From assembly GCA_963697595.1 (NCBI GenBank), contig CAVOON010000002.1, positions 15,564 to 79,563 on the forward strand: 64,000 nucleotides of DNA. The letters run 5' to 3'. This DNA comes from an uncultured Alphaproteobacteria bacterium (lineage in GTDB: Bacteria; Pseudomonadota; Alphaproteobacteria; Rhizobiales; Beijerinckiaceae). Under the pieces are notes generated by a model. That model did no database searches. It was not told the origin of the DNA and saw nothing but the letters and a program-made list of their open reading frames with translations. A program made the translations under genes and the position numbers. Positions 10,795 to 18,117 of this stretch are shown here, in pieces. The first letter of the stretch is position 1. Each line of letters opens with the position of its first letter.

Positions 10795-12079
10795 ATGCCA
10801 AAGATCACGAAACGCCTCATTGACGCGATCGAGCCCAGCGCCGAGCGCATAATCGTTTGGGATTCCGAGATAAAAGGCTTTGGCATGATCGCGTTGCCGA
10901 GCGGCCTTCGGTCGTTCTTTGTGCAATATCGCAACGAAAGTGGCCGCAAGCGTCGCCTCACTCTTGGACGGTTTCGGCGTGATGACCGCTGAAGGGGCGC
11001 GAAAAGCGGCGCGCGATGCGTTGGCGACGGTCGGAAGGGGCGTCGATCCCGTCGAAGATCGTCAGGCGCTACGCGCCGCGCCTAGCGTGTCACAATTGCT
11101 CGATCGCTACCTCGCTGAGCATGTGGACGTTCACAACGCCTCAAGGACCGCCGACGGTGTTCGCTTCGCGATTAAGAGGCATATTCTCCCGCGCCTCGGA
11201 ACGCTGAGGGCTGCCGCGGTCACTCGGCAGGATGTGCTCAAATTGCATGGGGCGATGCAAGCGACGCCGCGCCACGCCAATCTAACCCTTTCGATCCTGT
11301 CGAAAGCGTTCAATCTCGCCGAACTTTGGGGAATTCGACCAGAAAACTCCAATCCCTGTCGCCTGGTGCCGCGCTATCCGGAATCCCATCGCGAGCGCTT
11401 CCTTTCCGCCGACGAGCTCGCGCTTCTCGGGCGTGCTCTGCGAGAGGCGGAGTCTCCCGGGCTGCCGTGGCGCGAGAGGGCGGGTGCGAACGTGAAGCAT
11501 CTGGCTAAGGAAGAAAACCGATTTACGCCGATTAGCGCGCCCGCCCTGGAGGCTATCCGCCTACTGTTATTCACAGGAGCCAGGCTGTCTGAAATACTCG
11601 AACTGAAATGGGAGCATGTTGACCTAGCTCGGGGCTTGATCGCGCTGCCGACTCGCAAGGGCGGCTCGCGTCGCCCACATCCGGTGAGTACGATGGCGCT
11701 GGCGGTTCTCGCCAATATTGAGCGTGAACAAGGATCGCCATGGGTCTTGCCGGCTCCAAAAAACGCCCAAAAGTTTCTGACTAAATCCGTTGTTGAAAAC
11801 GCCTGGCAGCGAATTCGGGAACACGTGGGAATTCCGGATCTTCGGCTTCACGATTTGCGACATACGACCGGGACTTATGCGTCACAGGCGGGCGTGAACG
11901 CGTTCCAGGTCCGCGACCTCTTGCGCCACGCCAACATTTCAATGACGGGCCGTTACGCCAATCGAGATGACGATCCAACGCGCTCGATATCCGATATTGT
12001 CGGAGAGCGGATCGCTGCTGGATTAGAGGGGCGGGCGCTGGGCGAGGTTGTGCCGTTCAAAAGGCCTAGGCACAGGTAA
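10795..12079 (+). CDS. Tyrosine integrase with N-terminal arm-DNA-binding domain; apparent +1 frameshift at TTT 10972-10974
   Basis: MPKITKRLIDA..WDSEIKGFG...RRLTLGRF joins GVMTAEGARKAA when one T is removed. Catalytic motifs TGARLSE, RLHDLRHT, LRHANISMTGRY are present. Confidence 0.93.
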
Positions 12080-12282
12080 CAAGCTCACCAAGGAATGGGA
12101 AGCCTCTCGTTACCCACGTCGGTAACATGCGGACGTAAGAACAGCCCGCATTGAGACATTCGAACACGCGATAACGTTCTGCTCAAAAGCGGTCCAACTT
12201 ATTGCCCAAACTGAGCGCCTCCGGCGCTTCGTAATTCGCGGGCCGAAGGGCTAATTAAAGCGTCTTATAATGCTCCGGAGAC

Positions 12283-12310
12283 TTGGCAAGGGTTGCGTTT
12301 GCGCCATAAT
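12283..12310 (+). promoter_or_regulatory. Putative sigma70 promoter TTGGCA-N16-CATAAT of the peptidase-cyclase operon
   Basis: Near-consensus hexamers 37 bp upstream of ATG 12348. Confidence 0.45.
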
Positions 12311-12347
12311 GCCCTATTTTAATTCCGGGAGATTCGATATATTTGAG

Positions 12348-12884
12348 ATGGCGGAACAGACCAGCAACCCGGTGCCCGTAGGGGCGCAGAAAGCCGTTAT
12401 CTGGGCTTTCGCGGAGCGAATCGCAAGGGAGCTTAAGTTCAAGCCCAGCGACGCAATAGAATTGCTTGTTCTTCGGCTCGGCGGCAAGATTGAATACAAG
12501 AGCCCCACCCGACAGGACGGCCGATTGCCAGAATCGATTATCGTTCGATCTACAAAGGACTTTACAATCTATCTGCCGAGCATGACGTCGCCGCAACGTG
12601 ATAGGTTCACAATCGCACATGAACTCGGGCATTTTTGGTTGCATTATCCACTTGCAGCGAAAAAGGTTCCTGGTTTGCCGATGATGGCTACACGTTGGGT
12701 TGATGAATTAGATTCTGAGCTCGTTCGGACCGAGTGGGAAGCTAACTGGTTTGCTGCAGCTTTTCTTATGCCAGAAGTTCAATTTAGGGCTGCGTATAAT
12801 AAAGGCGGGGCCGATTTCGCCGCCTGCGAATTCAATGTAAGCGCGCATGCTGCAAGGGTGCGAGCGAAAAGCCTTTCTCTCTAG
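12348..12884 (+). CDS. ImmA/IrrE (Peptidase M78) zinc metallopeptidase, no N-terminal XRE HTH
   Basis: RDRFTIAHELGH (HExxH) and EWEANWFAAAFLMP motifs; the start could be as far upstream as 12270. Confidence 0.9.
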   Translation: MAEQTSNPVPVGAQKAVIWAFAERIARELKFKPSDAIELLVLRLGGKIEYKSPTRQDGRLPESIIVRSTKDFTIYLPSMTSPQRDRFTIAHELGHFWLHYPLAAKKVPGLPMMATRWVDELDSELVRTEWEANWFAAAFLMPEVQFRAAYNKGGADFAACEFNVSAHAARVRAKSLSL

Positions 12885-12892
12885 GTTGAAAC

Positions 12893-13981
12893 ATGGGGAT
12901 TTGTCCGAGCTACCGGCTCCGTCTCTTCATGTCCGTCGATCTGGTTGGGTCTACCGAGTTTAAAACGGGAGAGGGCAAAGATAGGGGAAATACTACCGAC
13001 CCTCACCCAAGGTGGGTGCAGGAAACAAAAAGATTTTATGTCAGCTTCCCTAAGTTTTTGCAGAGTCATTTTAGGGATGAATCTCCAAGATTTGGCATAA
13101 TTGAGAATGAGAGCGCGCCTAAGCTATGGAAAACAATCGGAGACGAGGTGGTTTTTTGCGTGAGAGTTCATAATTTAGAGCATTTCACTGCATGCGTTAC
13201 ATCCTTTATAAGGGCTTTAAGAGACTATGGAAGGCAATTGGAGAACGATGGGTTCCTTGACGTCAAGGGAACTATATGGGTCGGTGCCTTTCCAGCCCCA
13301 AATACAAGCGTAATGATATCTGGTTGCGATAGCAATTCTGGATATAACACCAAAATAGACGAGAACTATTGCGAGGAATATGAGCAAGCAGCTGACGATG
13401 AGCCGCGGAACTTTGATTTTTTAGGCAGAGACATTGATTTAGGATTTCGGATCGCAAAGCATGCAAGAGCAGAGGATCTCGCGTTATCATGTGAGGCCGC
13501 ATTTCTACTATGTGAAGCAAATAAGGCTCATCAATTTCATGAGAAATTTAATTTTAATGGCCGGGACGTCTTAAAGGGCGTCATGCGCGGCAAACCATAC
13601 CCGGTTGTAACCATAGATACGGAGCGTAATAATCTTAAATCAGAAATTGCAGATCTTGAGAGTAATTTATCCGGTGGCGGAGGTGCAAATGTAAACGTTA
13701 ACAGTCTTAGTAGATTTCTAACACTGTTATTTGGCGTAGAGAAAATTGCTTTTCCTGTTTTGCCAAAGCGTGGGCACGCTATTGAAGCCATGCCAAGTGA
13801 TTACAATGAGTTCGTTGGCCTTTGGCAGGAGGAGCAGTTCGAGATTACTTCTCGCGAGGAAGGAGAAGATCGTTCGGCGACTGAAGACTCCCCACCAGCG
13901 CAAGAGGGAAAAACAATCGACGAACAAGTCAACGAGCTATCTGCCAATATCCAGCCCATAGGCGAGACAGAGGATGATTGA
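12893..13981 (+). CDS. Divergent class III nucleotidyl-cyclase-like protein with acidic C-terminal tail
   Basis: Ordered motifs FMSVDLVGST (D16), WKTIGDEVV (K80, D84), FDFLGRDIDLGFRI (D175, D182, R186) and LKGV match the class III cyclase pattern. Confidence 0.7.
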   Translation: MGICPSYRLRLFMSVDLVGSTEFKTGEGKDRGNTTDPHPRWVQETKRFYVSFPKFLQSHFRDESPRFGIIENESAPKLWKTIGDEVVFCVRVHNLEHFTACVTSFIRALRDYGRQLENDGFLDVKGTIWVGAFPAPNTSVMISGCDSNSGYNTKIDENYCEEYEQAADDEPRNFDFLGRDIDLGFRIAKHARAEDLALSCEAAFLLCEANKAHQFHEKFNFNGRDVLKGVMRGKPYPVVTIDTERNNLKSEIADLESNLSGGGGANVNVNSLSRFLTLLFGVEKIAFPVLPKRGHAIEAMPSDYNEFVGLWQEEQFEITSREEGEDRSATEDSPPAQEGKTIDEQVNELSANIQPIGETEDD

Positions 13982-14109
13982 GCGCGGCGCACTGGACGAC
14001 AGTGGTATTTCTCGCCATTCTCAACGCGGTCCTGATCCTTGCGCCGCCGTATCTCGGGCAAATGCAACGAAGTAATGAGGTCACAGCCCCGCGGGAGAAC
14101 GCGGACGCT

Positions 14110-14400
14110 TCAAAGGTGTTCCATCGTCTGGAGAATTGTTTCGCAAGTCTCACGTGCGCTGCGCCCATCGTCGGCATGGCCCGTCCCGCTATTGAATGGC
14201 GCGCCGCCCGGGCCAATCTGCACAGCCCAGAACCATCGCCCATCATGCGGGCCGCCGCTGACTCGGTAAATGCGCGCCGCGGGAAGGTTGCCGAGCAAAA
14301 GCGACCAATCGTCCGCGAGAACTTCAACCACGCCATCAATCAGCGTGAACGCCGTTCGCCGCCATTTGAAGGATGCAGGGTCGGAATACGCGTTAGGCAT
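14110..14400 (-). CDS. Small hypothetical phage-type protein
   Basis: Start overlaps the SRAP stop; DW..LG.LPAARIYRVSGGPHDGRWFW looks like natural protein sequence. Confidence 0.65.
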   Translation of the reverse strand: MPNAYSDPASFKWRRTAFTLIDGVVEVLADDWSLLLGNLPAARIYRVSGGPHDGRWFWAVQIGPGGAPFNSGTGHADDGRSARETCETILQTMEHL

Positions 14401-15064
14401 TTTCGATCGGCTCGATAAGCGTCGAGTCATCGTCGCCTGCCCCGGCCTTATTCACGCGTGTAGAGACGATCCATTCTTGCAAAGCATCTTCCGGCAGCGA
14501 GTGCAGCAGTGTGGCAGCGGTTTCGCCCCTCAACCACGCTTCGGCGTCGTGCCAATCGAGAATGACAGGCATGCGGTCATGAAAGCGTTGCATCCAATTA
14601 TTCGCCCCGCCGACGATGATAGTCGCGTTTGGAAGATCGTCGCCGCCATCAAGGCCGCTCCAATGATCCCATAGGCCAGCTAACGCCAGAGGCCAGCCGT
14701 CGCGCGACGTGAAATAGTGCGGCGTCTTCGCCCCTTTCGCTCCTGTCCATTCATAGAAGCCGGAAGCCGGGATGATGCAGCGTCGATATTTGAACGCCCC
14801 GCGAAACATCGGTCTTTCAAGCACCGTTTCAGCGCGGGCGTTGAAGGTGGCGGGAAGCTCTTTGAGCGGCTTTTTCCACCAGGAGGGCACAAGGCCCCAA
14901 TACATCGGGACAAGCTCATTGCCGCGTTCGCCAGCGCGAATGACCTCTATCGGCGTCGTAGGGGCGATGTTGAAACGCGGCGCGAGATTGCGCGGCTGGC
15001 CGATTAGATCGGCTAAGCGATGGATTTCCGCCCATGAGAGATTCTGAGTGAAGCGTCCGCACAT
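14393..15064 (-). CDS. SOS response-associated peptidase (SRAP, YedK/HMCES family)
   Basis: N-terminal MCGRF, RFNIAPT, WGLVPSW, FNARAET, RRCIIPASGFYEW, HDRMPVIL. Confidence 0.95.
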   Translation of the reverse strand: MCGRFTQNLSWAEIHRLADLIGQPRNLAPRFNIAPTTPIEVIRAGERGNELVPMYWGLVPSWWKKPLKELPATFNARAETVLERPMFRGAFKYRRCIIPASGFYEWTGAKGAKTPHYFTSRDGWPLALAGLWDHWSGLDGGDDLPNATIIVGGANNWMQRFHDRMPVILDWHDAEAWLRGETAATLLHSLPEDALQEWIVSTRVNKAGAGDDDSTLIEPIENA

Positions 15065-15171
15065 GGCGAGGATCGTAACGCGGCGGCCGTCGAACGGAAA
15101 CCAACCTTCGCCATATTTGGCTCACGCCACCCCGCTCGCGATCGTCCATCTGCGATCCGCGGTGATGAGAT

Positions 15172-15378
15172 CTAGCGTCTCCGTTGCATCCGCCTGATTT
15201 CATCCTTCACGCGCTGCCAATGTTCCGCTGACCTGTTGGCGTCGACAACTTGTGGGGCTTCATGCTGGCGCAAGCGCGCTTCGCCATAGGCGTTCGCGCC
15301 GCAGCTTTCGATTAGGTCGCGCGCATCGGATTCGATAAGGGCGCGGGAAGTGCGCCGGCGGCGCAGCCAATTAAGCAC
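15172..15378 (-). CDS. Small hypothetical protein (68 aa)
   Basis: Start lies 5 bp after the stop of the 2TM gene; sequence is helical and natural-looking. Confidence 0.6.
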   Translation of the reverse strand: MLNWLRRRRTSRALIESDARDLIESCGANAYGEARLRQHEAPQVVDANRSAEHWQRVKDEIRRMQRRR

Positions 15379-15383
15379 TCGCG

Positions 15384-16079
15384 TTAGCCGGGAGAGCCCG
15401 TAAGCTCATCGTGAGCCTTAAACGTGCTGGGGGTGAAAGGCCAAAGGTGGCGAATGAAACTCGCCTTCCACCCAATATCCAATGAATATTTTTCTGGGCG
15501 TCCGTATGAGGCCATCGCCCTGTTATATGCGACTGCGTTGACGGCATACATGCACGGCGGCTCTTCGGCATAAATCAAGGTCAGCCGTCTTTCCAGATTA
15601 TTCAAGTTATCATGCCCATTTGCATCGGCGAGCACGCTATAAATTTGCTTTCTTAATCCGGCGTGCAAGCGAGCCTTCCCACTCAAATCAAAGACAAGAT
15701 CAAGCAGCCCAACGAGTGTTGTGAAGGCTGGAATTGCGTGAGGGTAGGTTTCTTTAAGTGGCGACAATGCGGCGGTCCCGGACGCAACGACTAAGAACAT
15801 CGCAGCACGGTGCGTCCAAGCAAAAAAGCGTTCTCTATCTTCGTGATAGAGAGCGCTCGCTAGACACCTAATTCTAAAATCATCGATTCCGTCTATTTGC
15901 TGTCCCTCGGCGGTCGGACGGGAGGCGGAGCTTTGGTCTGACTGTCCTGCCGGCCAATTCCGTGATCCTTCGCTAGATCTGGATGCCCCCTCGACGGTTG
16001 AGGCTTTGGCGGTGGAGGCGGTGGTGGTGGGGGAGACGGCTTTTTCTTCTCGGTCATTTGGTTTAATATCATTTGTCAT
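15384..16079 (-). CDS. SLATT-like two-transmembrane protein
   Basis: After a disordered S/T-rich N-terminus: ALYHEDRERFF, TM1 AAMFLVVASGTAAL, TM2 AIPAFTTLVGLLDLVFDL, ARLH..LR, EEPP, AYN. Recognised by pattern only. Confidence 0.55.
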   Translation of the reverse strand: MTNDIKPNDREEKAVSPTTTASTAKASTVEGASRSSEGSRNWPAGQSDQSSASRPTAEGQQIDGIDDFRIRCLASALYHEDRERFFAWTHRAAMFLVVASGTAALSPLKETYPHAIPAFTTLVGLLDLVFDLSGKARLHAGLRKQIYSVLADANGHDNLNNLERRLTLIYAEEPPCMYAVNAVAYNRAMASYGRPEKYSLDIGWKASFIRHLWPFTPSTFKAHDELTGSPG

Positions 16080-16399
16080 GATGACAGCCGCTCCCGTTGC
16101 GTGATAGGATTCCCTACACGGCGAAGAGGTTCGTCAATTTCGACGCGAGCGGGGATTCCGGCCCTGCCCATCAATCCCCCACCATAATCTATATCTGCGG
16201 CGTGGGCTAGGCTCACGCCGCCAAATGGCGCTGCCAATACCCGTTAAAGTCGACGCTCGGCTTATCCTTCATGGCTGGGCCCGCAATCCGAAGGGAGTGG
16301 TCGCCATTGCTCATGCTGCGGTGATCCTCGCGCCATGAAGCCACGTGGGCGTAGCGGATATGATAATGGCCGATCTGCGCGCGGCGGCGTAGCCACCCG

Positions 16400-16882
16400 T
16401 CATTTGCAAGCTTTCCCGGCCGCGCGCCAGTCAAACCAGATGCGTCGGCGCGCGTCGTCCAGCGTGATCTTTCCGGCGCATGTCGCCCGCGACAGGCAGG
16501 CCTCGATTGCGTCTTTCTCTCCGGCTTCGTCCCACGGCTGTAATTCGAGGTTTCGAAGATCTGAAGGCGCGCCTCCAAGCGCGAGCGGTATCCTGTGATC
16601 CAGTTCGAAGTCGACAAGGAGCTCTTCGGGGATTTCCAGCTCACGAATGAGTTTGATTTTAACAGCCGCCGTGTAGCGCGGCGAGGGCCGCACAGTCTTC
16701 GTCCAGCCGGGAAGGCATATCGTCGAAGCGATGGTCGCCTGGGTTACGGATGGGTTAACGGGCAAATCGGCGGAGAGGGCGGCATCGCTCGCATTCGCCA
16801 TAGCGAATAGCATTGCCGAAAACGCCAGGCGGGACTTTCGATGTGATATCGCTTCTTCGCTGCAAACGGTAGCTGAAATCAT
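16400..16882 (-). CDS. Exported HNH-motif protein
   Basis: Signal-like RKSRLAFSAMLFAMANASDAALSA; NPSVTQATI..TIC, ELDHRIPLALGG..D..NL..QP, KD..E. Confidence 0.7.
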   Translation of the reverse strand: MISATVCSEEAISHRKSRLAFSAMLFAMANASDAALSADLPVNPSVTQATIASTICLPGWTKTVRPSPRYTAAVKIKLIRELEIPEELLVDFELDHRIPLALGGAPSDLRNLELQPWDEAGEKDAIEACLSRATCAGKITLDDARRRIWFDWRAAGKACK

Positions 16883-17110
16883 GGGGTCTCTTTTACACAA
16901 TGCGCTATAGCAGCCGGTGTAGTTCGGCTCTTCGACTTTTGGAAGTCTTTCGTTATGGCGCGGGCCTCGGTGGGCACGCGGCAAACGCGATCAAGAGCCG
17001 TATAGCCTACGCGCCTTCCGTCAGGCCCTCGGTAGCCCGGGCGACCGAGCCGCGTGCTCACGCGCGCGAACCGGCGAGGCACACTCGCCGCGTTGGGTGC
17101 TAGGGCCTCT

Positions 17111-17536
17111 TCATTTCCCCAGCAGCTTGCGCGCAGCCGCCGCGCCGACTTCTCGTTCTGAGTTTCCACCCACATTGCCGTGATCGATCTGGCCAGCGAC
17201 GGCGAGGAGTTTTCTTGCTTCGCTCGCACCCTGTTCAGCTTCTGCATTCAGTCTTGTGTCGCCGTAGCTCTGGGAAGAAAGCAACCGCCGCGCCTCGACG
17301 GCGCCAATCTCTTGCTCGCTCATGAACTTCACCGGCGCAGGTCGTAGCTCCAATCGCCGCGCGCCCTCAAATGACGCAGCCGCGACCGATTGAGGCACCG
17401 AAGACGCGCGAGTCGTCGCGTTCGCAGGTGGAATCGAAAGTGTCGAAAGGCCGCCCGCTCGAAGGCGTTCGATGGCTCGCGCAGCCGGGCAGGATTGAGC
17501 CGATGTGGGGGAAGCTTCGCCAAGATTTACACTCAT
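17111..17536 (-). CDS. Hypothetical protein with three E-x(1-2)-GA-x2-AR-x-LL repeats
   Basis: RBS GAGGA; repeats EIGAVEARRLL, EQGASEARKLL, EVGAAAARKLL. Confidence 0.7.
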   Translation of the reverse strand: MSVNLGEASPTSAQSCPAARAIERLRAGGLSTLSIPPANATTRASSVPQSVAAASFEGARRLELRPAPVKFMSEQEIGAVEARRLLSSQSYGDTRLNAEAEQGASEARKLLAVAGQIDHGNVGGNSEREVGAAAARKLLGK

Positions 17537-17618
17537 GATTTGATCCTCAATTCAAGTTTCGGAGTTGCGGCTTGCAACCCCGATTTTCCGTAGCGCAACG
17601 CACCGCCCCTTGCGGTCG

Positions 17619-18047
17619 CTAATGCGCTGATGTGGATGGCGTCGCCGTCTTGCTCTGATCCAGAAGCTGTATCGCCGGACCAAGCACCGCGAAAAATTCG
17701 TCGATACTCCGCAACACGCTCTCCCGCAATTTTCGCTCTGCGTCATCGCCGTTGGCCATCAGGGCAGCGATCGGCTCTCTCGACGCGAGGCTCAGCAAAG
17801 AAAGCTCATTCGTCGCGCTTGAAGAGCCGACGCTTGAGGCGAGCGCAACATGTCGGCTGACGAGTTGGGCGAGTATGAGCTTTGTGGACATGGCGGTGGC
17901 GAGAAGTTGGTCTGCCAAGTTGGCGCCTGCGGCGTCCATGGACGTCAATGCGTCTTGCAACTGCACGATTCTAGTCAAAAGCTCCTCTCCTTCGCGTGCG
18001 GAAAACGGGCGATTGAATGAAGAGGCGTGTTTTCGGGGTATTTTCAT
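17619..18047 (-). CDS. Hypothetical helical protein downstream of the tape-measure gene
   Basis: Fills the gap in a co-oriented operon; Leu/Ala-rich helical sequence. Confidence 0.6.
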   Translation of the reverse strand: MKIPRKHASSFNRPFSAREGEELLTRIVQLQDALTSMDAAGANLADQLLATAMSTKLILAQLVSRHVALASSVGSSSATNELSLLSLASREPIAALMANGDDAERKLRESVLRSIDEFFAVLGPAIQLLDQSKTATPSTSAH

Positions 18048-18117
18048 CGCTTAGCTTCTCCGCTTGGAAAATCGAATTAGACACTTTGCAACGTCAAATT
18101 CGATTGTGCGCATGCCT

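Noticed and set aside
12348-13981. Calling the cyclase operon Pycsar or CBASS
   Set aside because: No cNMP-binding-domain effector and no CD-NTase motif is visible; the partner is an M78 peptidase.
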